Shown here piece by piece: positions 27,562-35,449 of a DNA stretch of 46,612 nt (position 1 is the stretch's first letter; the number at the start of each line of letters is the position of its first letter). Below the pieces are notes generated by a model. That model was not told the origin of the DNA. It saw only the letters and a list, made by a program, of their open reading frames with translations, and did not search any database. Location: assembly GCA_037443365.1 (NCBI GenBank), contig JBBIOM010000017.1:1-46612 (forward strand). Direction: 5' to 3'. The DNA comes from Armatimonadota bacterium. GTDB taxonomy: Bacteria; Sysuimicrobiota; Sysuimicrobiia; Sysuimicrobiales; Humicultoraceae. Position numbers and translations under genes: made by a program.

Positions 27562-28020
27562 TCAGCAGCTCTTACGCAACTTCTCGAGGACTTCGCAGAT
27601 CTTCTCCACATCCAAGGCGATTTCCATCAGCCCCAGGTGCTCGGCCGACATGGCCGGGTCAATCTGATCCTTGATTACTGGTTCCATGATGTGATAGACG
27701 GGTAACCCGAGCGACACTCCCGCCAGCGCCCCCGCCCAACTTGGATCCCCCTTTGTGACGGTCTCGGCATAGAGTTCGGCGCTGTCCGCATCGGGCGCAC
27801 CCAGCACGACGATGACGTCGTCCTTGCCGTGTTGTTCTATGTAGTTCTTGATGCTCTCTTGACCCTCCAGGTCAAAGGCGCCGGCCGATGTTCAGACGAA
27901 ACACTGGGTCTGCGTGATGACCGGCTCTGCGCCGGCGCTCCTCACGCAGGCTTCGATGGCCGGACCCTGCACTCCATCCCGTTCACCGATGATGATGACC
28001 TTCGTCGACTTCAGCAGCAT
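27562..28020 (-). CDS. grdA: Glycine/sarcosine/betaine reductase selenoprotein A (Sec at codon 43)
   Basis: Manual translation: MLLKSTKVIIIGERDGVQGPAIEAC...QCFV-TGA(27894-27892)-TSAGAFDLEGQ...GDPSWAGALAGVSLGLPVYHI...; CxxU motif; 152 aa; GGAGG RBS. The ORF track shows only the 3' half. Confidence 0.92.
27859..27875 (-). promoter_or_regulatory. Bacterial SECIS-like hairpin of grdA
   Basis: UUGACC-UGGAG-GGUCAA at nt 17-33 after the UGA; G-rich apical loop. Confidence 0.7.
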
Positions 28021-28025
28021 TCCGG

Positions 28026-29492
28026 CTACACACCTCCTTTGTTCCGTTCCAATAGGAATGACATCCCGTCGGCAAGCTGGGTCATGCGCCCCAAGAAGAG
28101 GCTCCCCTTGGCCACAAACATGGTGTTGTTCATCTCACCCGACAGCATCTTCCTGACCGCGTGTCCCAGCACGGGCACGGCGGAGGCGGTATGCCCCTGA
28201 GTGGGGGAGAAGCCGAGCATGCCGTGTTCTTCAACGAAGCGGTCGAGATCCGAGCGTTGGATCTCTCCGCGCAGGACCGCAAAGCTGCCGATGACCCGGT
28301 AGTTCGTCCTGGGAACATTGCCGCTTCCCTGCGGCTCGGTGATCTCGGGATTGTGCATTTCCGTGGCGTACTTGTCGATCTGCGTTAGTTTTAGTCCCAG
28401 CCGGTCCAGTGGTTGCACGACCAGGTTGTCGAAGATGGCCTGCTGGCTGGAACCCGAGGCGATCTCGTGCTTTCCAATGGAATCGAGCCGAATGACCGGG
28501 CTCTTCCCGTCATCCTGCCCCACCCGCACCGCGACGGCGGCGATCACGTCCTCCAGGATCGGCATGTCATGGCGAAGATGACCCTGGAACTTCATCCCGA
28601 GCTTGGCAAAGGAACCACCGGCCACGACAACCACATCCCTGAAGATTCCAGACGCGACCAGGCCCGCGGCCACCACGATGGCATGGATCGTGCCGGAGCA
28701 GAAGGCCTTGACATCGCCGCCCCCTGCTCTCGAGCACCCGCACAGCTCTCCGATGGCCTTCGCCATGTTGCCGCCGCCCCGGTTGTAGCGATCTCCGACC
28801 GCCTCCTCGCCGCCCCCCAGAAGGAAGTCCACGGCCTCGGCCCTCCCCGTCGCCGCGACCTGGTGCCGCAGCGCCAAGGCGCCGGAGGCCCTGACGGCCA
28901 GATTCTCCATCAGAATCTCCGCGGTGAGGTTGGGGTCTTCTTCATGCCCGGTTCGAACACACCCGACGAGCCGACCGCCTCGCTCGTACATGGGGAGGGT
29001 CATCCCATCGGTTAGCTGTTGCTCGATGTCGGCCAGGGAGACGCCGTTGCCGAGTCTCAGGAGATCCGCTTCCGAAAAGAGGGGGTGCTGCCTGAGTTTC
29101 GCCGTGACGTCGCGTACAAAGCCTTCTTCCAGCAAGACCAGCTGGAACTCATCGCAGATCTTCATCATTCCGTAGAACTCGTCCTCGGGCATGATCTCGC
29201 CAAAGGGGCCCCGTCGAGAGCCGTCACGCGCGGGATGCTTGTACCAGGGAGACGGAACACGCGCCAGGTCATCAGGGTCAAGATTGCCGATGAATACCTG
29301 GTTCGGTGGATAGGCGACGGCCTCTTCGAAGGTGCGCAGGTGGCTCCGGAACGACTCCAGCAAGGCGGGATTCTTCCTTATCTCACGCGACGGTTTGGAG
29401 CCGTGACAGGTCAGTCCGGGCACATGAGCGAGGAAATACGAAACCCCCCGCACGACGGCCGCTGCAGGTTGGTCATGGGCTGTAGGGCTCAC
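28026..29492 (-). CDS. grdC: Glycine reductase complex component C subunit beta (FabH-like fold)
   Basis: YPPNQVFIGN, GPFGEIMPE, EEAVGDRYNRGGGNMAKA, AKLGMK, TEMHNPEITEPQGSGNVP, FSPTQGH, KGSLFLGRMT; GTG 29492 overlaps the trxB stop. Confidence 0.85.
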   Translation of the reverse strand: MSPTAHDQPAAAVVRGVSYFLAHVPGLTCHGSKPSREIRKNPALLESFRSHLRTFEEAVAYPPNQVFIGNLDPDDLARVPSPWYKHPARDGSRRGPFGEIMPEDEFYGMMKICDEFQLVLLEEGFVRDVTAKLRQHPLFSEADLLRLGNGVSLADIEQQLTDGMTLPMYERGGRLVGCVRTGHEEDPNLTAEILMENLAVRASGALALRHQVAATGRAEAVDFLLGGGEEAVGDRYNRGGGNMAKAIGELCGCSRAGGGDVKAFCSGTIHAIVVAAGLVASGIFRDVVVVAGGSFAKLGMKFQGHLRHDMPILEDVIAAVAVRVGQDDGKSPVIRLDSIGKHEIASGSSQQAIFDNLVVQPLDRLGLKLTQIDKYATEMHNPEITEPQGSGNVPRTNYRVIGSFAVLRGEIQRSDLDRFVEEHGMLGFSPTQGHTASAVPVLGHAVRKMLSGEMNNTMFVAKGSLFLGRMTQLADGMSFLLERNKGGV

Positions 29493-30436
29493 GAAGGACA
29501 CCTTGCCAGACTGCACATCTTGTGCGCCGAGAGCGCGGCGGTCACGCCATCGCCTACGGCGGTAGCGATCTGCCTGTCCGAACCGTGCCGTATGTCGCCC
29601 GCGGCGAAGATCCCCGGGACAGACGTCTCCAGTTTCTCGTCCACCATCACGTACCCCTTGTCGTCCAGCGACACCAGGCCCTTGATATAGCCGGTGTTGG
29701 GCTCGATCCCGATTCGGACCAAGACGCCGCCCGCTGGCAGTGTCGTCCTCTCGCCTGTCAGGACATCGACCAACTCCACCTCCCTGACGTGGTCGTCGCC
29801 CCTGATGGCGTCAATCCTTGTCCCGCAGCGCATCTTGATCTTCGGGTCGGCCAGGGCCCTGTCGTGGAGAATCCTCGTGGCGAGCGGCTGAGACATGATC
29901 TCCACCACGATGATCTCAGAGGCGAGTCGCGACAGATACAGGGCTTCGGTCAACCCGCTGTCACCCCCGCCGGCTACCACGACGACACGATCCTTGAACT
30001 GCGGGGCGTCGCATACACCGCAGTAACTCACGCCCTTCCCCAAGAACTCGCTCTCTCCCGCAACCCCCATTCTCCTCGGCGAGGCGCCACCGGCGACGAT
30101 CACGGTTCTCGCCCGATAGGCGGCGTCTCCCCCTCGGATGAGCGTAGCCCTGACAACCTTGTACTCATCGTGCGGCTCGATGCTCTCAACCCGACCCAGC
30201 TTGAACTGCACGCCAAACTTGACCGCCTGCTTCATCATCTCCAGGCCGAGCTTGGCTCCGGAGACCCCGTCTGGGAACCCGGGGTAGTTCTCCACCAGCG
30301 GGATGCTTCGTATCCCGCCCCCGGCGGCCTCGTCCCCCAGGAGGAGGACCGTCAGGCCGCCTCGACTCGCATAGAGGCCCGCCGCCAATCCGGCGGGGCC
30401 GCACCCTACGATGACGACCTGGTAGTCCTCGTTCAT
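29489..30436 (-). CDS. trxB: Thioredoxin reductase
   Basis: GCGPAG, VENYPG, GVSYCGVCD (CxxC), GGGDSG, FAAGDIR, QIATAVGDG. Confidence 0.9.
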   Translation of the reverse strand: MNEDYQVVIVGCGPAGLAAGLYASRGGLTVLLLGDEAAGGGIRSIPLVENYPGFPDGVSGAKLGLEMMKQAVKFGVQFKLGRVESIEPHDEYKVVRATLIRGGDAAYRARTVIVAGGASPRRMGVAGESEFLGKGVSYCGVCDAPQFKDRVVVVAGGGDSGLTEALYLSRLASEIIVVEIMSQPLATRILHDRALADPKIKMRCGTRIDAIRGDDHVREVELVDVLTGERTTLPAGGVLVRIGIEPNTGYIKGLVSLDDKGYVMVDEKLETSVPGIFAAGDIRHGSDRQIATAVGDGVTAALSAHKMCSLARCPS

Positions 30437-30448
30437 CTCCCGCCCGAA

Positions 30449-31765
30449 CTACGCGTCGAACACGGTCTGCTTCTCCACATCCGTCTGCAGGGCGCGCAAC
30501 CCCTTCTTGACCAGGCGCAGACGCAACTCCCTCTCCTCGCGCTCCGGCAATGTGGGATTGCCCAACGGATGCGGGATCGCGACTGCCGGCACGATGCGAT
30601 TGGCTCCCACGGTCATCGAGATCGGCACGATCGATGCCACGTGGACGACGGGCAATCCCTTCCGGTCGATTTCCTTTGTAAGCGTTGCGCCGCAACGCGT
30701 ATCGGTCCCTCAGGTCGAGGTCAGGATCACGCCATCGACGCCGGCCGCCAGAAGCCTCTCCGCGATCGCTCTGCCAAACTTCTGCGCGTTGGCCACCGAA
30801 GTGGCGTTGCCGACCGTGACGAAGTACTCCTCGTGCAGACGGCCGATGACGCCCTCTTTCTCTAGGGCGCGCGCCGCGTCCAACGGCAATACCCTGTCCG
30901 GGTCTTCGTTCGCGTAGACCGGATCATATCCGCCGTGACATGTCTGGTAGGCGTCCGCGGTCAGGTCGTCCGTGCCGGCGATGTTGTACGCGGCGAACTT
31001 GGAGGCGCTGGCCGCCTCTATGCGGTCGGGGTTGCCTCGGGGCACGATGCCCCCTGTCGTTACGAGGGCGATGGTCGCCGCGCTCAGTTCCTTGATCGCC
31101 GGGCTGGGAGGGATGCGCTCAAAGGTGGGCATCGGGTATTCGGTCTGAAATGCCTCCCCCTTGAGTTTGGTCAGCAGCATGTCGACCGCTCGCTGGGCTC
31201 CGGTTCGCTCGGCGAACGCATTGACCCGTATGCCGCGGGGCAGGTATCCGTCCGCCTGGGGAGCGCCGATGGGCTGTCCGAGGCCGAGCTTCCGCACGAA
31301 GCCGGCAAGCCTGGGAATCGCCTCTCTCATTCCTTGAACGGAGCGGGCCGAGGGGATCACGAACACTTCCTTGCGGTAGAGTTCCACCCCAGGGTTCTCC
31401 TCGTACATGGCCGTGACCACCGGCACGCCCAGCCTTCTGCTGACGGCAGTGCACGCCGCTCCGCAGGCGACACCGTACCTGCCGGCATTGAATGCCGGTC
31501 CCGCCACGAAGACGTCCGGCCTGTGGGGCGCAACGAGTTCCACGACGGCCTCAGCCGCGGTCTCTATGTTCTCGCCGAAGTAGGTGTCGCCGCAGATCAC
31601 GGTAGCGACGATCTCTCCCTCGTCACCCAGCGCCTGCTGCAGGGGGATGCCCGGACCAACAGCGCCCTCCCTGATCTGGGGTGGGACATCGGCCTTCTCC
31701 TCGCCCCCTATTTGCGCGAAGAACTGGTTCAAGTAGTGGACCACTCTATAGCGTCCCCTTACCAT
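30449..31765 (-). CDS. grdB: Glycine/sarcosine/betaine reductase selenoprotein B (Sec at codon 352)
   Basis: Joins track ORFs 30710..31825 and 30449..30655 in frame: YLNQFFAQIGGEEKA, GPAFNAGRYG, HGGYD, LTST-TGA(30712-30710)-GTDTRCGAT, VGANRIV, IPHPLGNP; 438 aa. Confidence 0.92.
30682..30698 (-). promoter_or_regulatory. Bacterial SECIS-like hairpin of grdB
   Basis: After an 11-nt spacer from the UGA, a perfect stem-loop GCGUUGC-GGC-GCAACGC. Confidence 0.75.
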
Positions 31766-31796
31766 CCCTTTGCTCCCCGCCTTCGAGTTAAGATCT

Positions 31797-33068
31797 CTAG
31801 TGCTCCTGCGCGGCCAGCTTGCCAAGACCCAGCTGGCAGGTAGACCCCATGATGGCTTGTATCTCCACGCTCAGGGCTCCATCGGCGGCTACGCTGCCAA
31901 CGAATCCCCCAGCAATCACCTCCGCAGACCTCAGGTCTCCAACGATCCGGTCCATGGGGGGCAGTCCAACTACCGCGTTCGCGTTCCCGACGCTCACCAC
32001 CGCGTCCGCCTGTGGCACCGTGTCTGCCAGCGACTGCGACATGCCGTCACTGCCCGCGTACTCATCGGTAATCAGCACGGTCCTGATCCCGCTGTCCTCG
32101 ATCTTCTTGCAGAGCATCATCACATCAGCATCGGGATTGCCAAAGCCCTCTTTGGTAATGACCGCTCCGTTCGCGCCGAGCAACTTCACCAGCTTGGCGG
32201 CATAGCTTGAAGATCGTTCCTTGTCCGCCAGTGTGACGTTTAGATTGGTGACGACCACGCCGACGAAGTTGAGCTCGCTGCCGTGCCTCCGGTAGAGCTC
32301 CTTGATCACAGGATTGTTCAGGTGATGGTAGGTCGTGTGCTTGTCGCAGGCAGAGACGCAGTTGCCGCTCACTATCGCCCCATCGAGGGCCTCATTGGGG
32401 TGGATCAGTGTGGGCAGGAGGCCCTTGGCGTCCGCACCGTAGAGATAGGTGTCGTGCAGCAGCCCCTGTGACAACAGCGGGTACACGTAGGCAACTCGCG
32501 GGAGGGTGAGGTCTATGGCGCCACCCAGGTCATAGACCTGAACCTCGTCGGGGGCCACGCCACGGCTGGCTTCGCCCAGGTAGATCGCCGCTCTCAGCCC
32601 GGCGAGACGTACCGCCTCCTCGTGCGCGTGCTCGGGCAGCCCATCCACGGGTTGCAGGATCAGCACCACGTTGTTCGTATCGGAGAACGGCGAGTACGCG
32701 GCGGCCGGACCGGTCATGTCGACGAAGCCTTCCTGATAGCCGACGATCCGTCCCACCGTCAGAACCGTGATTCCCCTGAGCACATTGGTCCTACCCGACC
32801 CGGTGCTCCTCATGCCGCCGATCATTCCCGGATAGTAGCCCTCTGCGCCGTCCGCCTTGATCCTCGGCTCGATCACGTCCTTGACCGGGATGATCCTGAC
32901 GCTCTCTCCCGGCCGTGCCAGCTCCACGTCTGCCACGGCCAGCCGGGGGTCGCGCAGGGAGAGGGCAATCAGCTCGCTCTTGCTAACGTGGAGAACGCCG
33001 TTCTCGATGCGGGTCGTCTCGCCGAACTGGACATCGCGGATCTTGACTATCCCTAGCTCCAGCCGCAC
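31797..33068 (-). CDS. grdE: Glycine/sarcosine reductase component B proprotein (GrdE/GrdG type)
   Basis: GTG 33068 after AGGAGG; MRLELG, ARPGESVRIIPVKDVIEPR, QGLLHDTY, SGNCVSACDK (cleavage/pyruvoyl Cys context), EGFGNPDAD, DEYAGSDG, VSVGNAN. Confidence 0.88.
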   Translation of the reverse strand: MRLELGIVKIRDVQFGETTRIENGVLHVSKSELIALSLRDPRLAVADVELARPGESVRIIPVKDVIEPRIKADGAEGYYPGMIGGMRSTGSGRTNVLRGITVLTVGRIVGYQEGFVDMTGPAAAYSPFSDTNNVVLILQPVDGLPEHAHEEAVRLAGLRAAIYLGEASRGVAPDEVQVYDLGGAIDLTLPRVAYVYPLLSQGLLHDTYLYGADAKGLLPTLIHPNEALDGAIVSGNCVSACDKHTTYHHLNNPVIKELYRRHGSELNFVGVVVTNLNVTLADKERSSSYAAKLVKLLGANGAVITKEGFGNPDADVMMLCKKIEDSGIRTVLITDEYAGSDGMSQSLADTVPQADAVVSVGNANAVVGLPPMDRIVGDLRSAEVIAGGFVGSVAADGALSVEIQAIMGSTCQLGLGKLAAQEH

Positions 33069-33297
33069 GATGCGCCTCCTCGTGTCGATGGCGTAGGTCC
33101 AGTTGACAAGGTCTTGGCGCGGACACAAACACCTGGGACTTCCACTCTGGGTTCCCGAACTCCTCCAGTCGGAGAGGGCCGGGCCGATCTCCAGCGCCGA
33201 CCGTGCACGGCGGCCGCCTGGCAGGGAGGATGCGGCGACGCCCAAGGCAAACCTACCTGCAGCCCGGCCGAGAAGCAGACCCAGGAGGTCGAGTACG

Positions 33298-34038
33298 TTG
33301 AAGGTCACCCAGTGGGCACTTCTTGCAGTCCTCATCGCGGCGCCGCTCGCCGTGGCGGCTGAAGTTCCTGTCGCGATCCGCTACTACGGGCACTCGTTCT
33401 TCCTGCTGACGGCCGGGGGCTTGCGCATCGCGATCGACCCGTACGGCGACATCGGGTACCCGATGCCCGAGGTCGAGGGAGACGTGGTGCTGGTGACACA
33501 CGAGCACCGGGATCACAACAACGCGGGGCTGGTGCGCGGCGCGCGCCGGGTCCTGCGGGGCCTGACCGAGGGTGGGCGGGATTGGGCCAAGATCCACGAG
33601 CGCATCGAAGGCGCCCTCGTCTACGCCGTGCCCTCGTTTCACGACGACCAGTTCGGAACCGCCCGCGGCCTGAACACCATCTTCGTCGTCGAGGTGGCCG
33701 GTCTGCGCATCGCGCATTTCGGGGACATCGGGCAGCCGCGCCTGACTGACGGCGTGCTGCGCGCGATTGGCCGGCTGGATGTCATGATGATCCCGGTGGG
33801 AGGGGCGCCGTTCACGATCGGGGCCCGCGAGGCCACGGAGATCACTTCCCAGATCCGCCCCAGGCTCGTCGTCCCGATGCACTACAAGACGGCGGCCAGG
33901 CCGGACTGGCCGGGGACGGACGAGCGCCCGTTTCTGGAAGGAAAGCCCGACGTGCTGCGCCTGGGCAGCCACACGCTCAGCGTCGCGCGCGACCATCTCC
34001 CGACGGCGACGCGTATCGTGGTGATGAACTGGCGCTAG
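33298..34038 (+). CDS. Secreted MBL-fold metallo-hydrolase
   Basis: TTG 33298 after AGGAGG; signal-peptide-like MKVTQWALLAVLIAAPLAVAA; GHSFF, IDPY, THEHRDHN, HFGDIG, PVGG, PMHYKT. Confidence 0.8.
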   Translation: MKVTQWALLAVLIAAPLAVAAEVPVAIRYYGHSFFLLTAGGLRIAIDPYGDIGYPMPEVEGDVVLVTHEHRDHNNAGLVRGARRVLRGLTEGGRDWAKIHERIEGALVYAVPSFHDDQFGTARGLNTIFVVEVAGLRIAHFGDIGQPRLTDGVLRAIGRLDVMMIPVGGAPFTIGAREATEITSQIRPRLVVPMHYKTAARPDWPGTDERPFLEGKPDVLRLGSHTLSVARDHLPTATRIVVMNWR

Positions 34039-35036
34039 CCGCGCGCCAGCAGGGCGCGGATCGAGGCTATCACCGCGCGGCCTTCGTCGCTGTCCGTGAC
34101 GAACTCTATCGCGCCCGGTGAGGGGACGCCCAACCCCAGTTCGACCGCGCGCCTTATCTGCTCCTGATCGAAGATGCGTCCGTCCGCCACCGGGCTGCCC
34201 ACCCCGTGCATGCGCAGCAGCGCCACGCCCGCGGCATCGAGCGCCACGCGGTCGGTGCCGGCAAGCACCACCCCGGGCCGCGCCAGGCGCCCGGCCTCGG
34301 GGCCGGCGTCCACAAACGCCAGGATCCCATCCAACACGACCATCGCAGGGCGGTAGAGCAGGTTCAGCTCGGCGATGAGCGAACGCTGCAGCGGAGAGCC
34401 GTGCAGCTCACGCATGTACTCGTAGCCGTCCGGACCCGTGCGCGCCACCATGCCCACCGAGTTCTTCAGCGCCATCGTGAACTGCCCGCCGAAGCGGTGG
34501 GTCTTCAGGCAGCAGGTCGAGATTATGAGATCCGCCCGCTCGAACAACACCGGGTAGAGGACGCCGCGCTGCCAGTGTCCCCGGGGAATGGGACGCGCCA
34601 CCCACTCGGACGCCGGGAGGGTCTCCAGGGGCACCACCCGCACGCCCATCTCGCGGCCCATCACGTCCAGCCCCTTCTCGCGGATGACCCGGGGCGTGTC
34701 GCCCATGCCGGCGCGGTCGGCGACGATGATCTCACGCGCACCGCCGGCCTTGCAGACATCAATGAGCGTGCGCAGTGTCTCCTCGTGGGTCGAAGCGGGG
34801 AAGGCGTGGGCGCTGTTCAGGTTGGGCTTGATAACCACCGACCGCGCTTCCAGGCGCATCGGGGGCAGGAGGCGAAGCGCGCGCAGCACACCGTCGCGGT
34901 GGCTGTCGGTCTTGACTAGCGCCACCCGGGCCGTCTCGGTCTCGGAGGCCTGTGCACGGGCAGGCCACATGCGCAGCGCGAGTGCACCACCTACGGTTGC
35001 GGCGGTCTTCAGGAATCGTCGCCGGCTCTGGCGCAT
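34035..35036 (-). CDS. Tat-exported DUF362 domain protein
   Basis: Twin-arginine signal SRRRFLK...ARAQA; VVIKPN, CLKTH, FTMALKNSVG, LDG, DRVALD. Confidence 0.75.
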   Translation of the reverse strand: MRQSRRRFLKTAATVGGALALRMWPARAQASETETARVALVKTDSHRDGVLRALRLLPPMRLEARSVVIKPNLNSAHAFPASTHEETLRTLIDVCKAGGAREIIVADRAGMGDTPRVIREKGLDVMGREMGVRVVPLETLPASEWVARPIPRGHWQRGVLYPVLFERADLIISTCCLKTHRFGGQFTMALKNSVGMVARTGPDGYEYMRELHGSPLQRSLIAELNLLYRPAMVVLDGILAFVDAGPEAGRLARPGVVLAGTDRVALDAAGVALLRMHGVGSPVADGRIFDQEQIRRAVELGLGVPSPGAIEFVTDSDEGRAVIASIRALLARG

Positions 35037-35229
35037 AGCAGGATGTCCCCCTTGCCGCAAGAATTCGGAGGGTGGCTCCTGGTTCTCCTGCCTAGGGCGG
35101 GAGAAGCGCACCACCGGGAATCCGGTCATGCACCGATGCCCCGGGGGTGGCGCAGCCTGTACATTCGGTGCTGACGGCAGCCGGCCCGAGGGCGGCAGGC
35201 CGCCGAGCGGTGCGTCAGGTGATGTGCGC

Positions 35230-35445
35230 ATGGCGAGGAAGAAGGCAGGCGAGATCAGGATAGACGAAGCATGGTGCAAGCGGTGCGGCATCTGCGTCGC
35301 GCTCTGCCCGCGCGCGGTCCTGACAGAGGGCGACGGAGGAATGCCCCGGGTTGTGGATCTGAACGCCTGCACGCTCTGCGATCTCTGCGTGCTGCGGTGC
35401 CCGGACTTCGCCATGGAGGTATTGGAGGACAAGGAGGCGCCATAG
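35230..35445 (+). CDS. 2x[4Fe-4S] ferredoxin, delta subunit of 2-oxoacid:ferredoxin oxidoreductase
   Basis: CKRCGICVALCP and CTLCDLCVLRCPDFA; AGGTGA RBS; directly precedes the alpha subunit. Confidence 0.85.
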   Translation: MARKKAGEIRIDEAWCKRCGICVALCPRAVLTEGDGGMPRVVDLNACTLCDLCVLRCPDFAMEVLEDKEAP

Positions 35446-35449
35446 CCCG

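Noticed and set aside
27547-27564. Second Sec at the grdA C-terminus (KSC-TGA)
   Set aside because: The protein is already full GrdA length, I saw no SECIS-like hairpin at a suitable distance, and another TGA follows four codons later.
27562-31825. grdA and grdB as pseudogenes with nonsense mutations
   Set aside because: The UGA codons are exactly at the conserved Sec positions, the frames continue with conserved sequence, and SECIS-like hairpins follow.
33069-33297. Glycine riboswitch upstream of grdE
   Set aside because: On the minus strand I could not find the ordered GGAGA / CCGAAG / CUCUCAGG core; the GGAGAG present is on the wrong strand. An Rfam scan would settle it.
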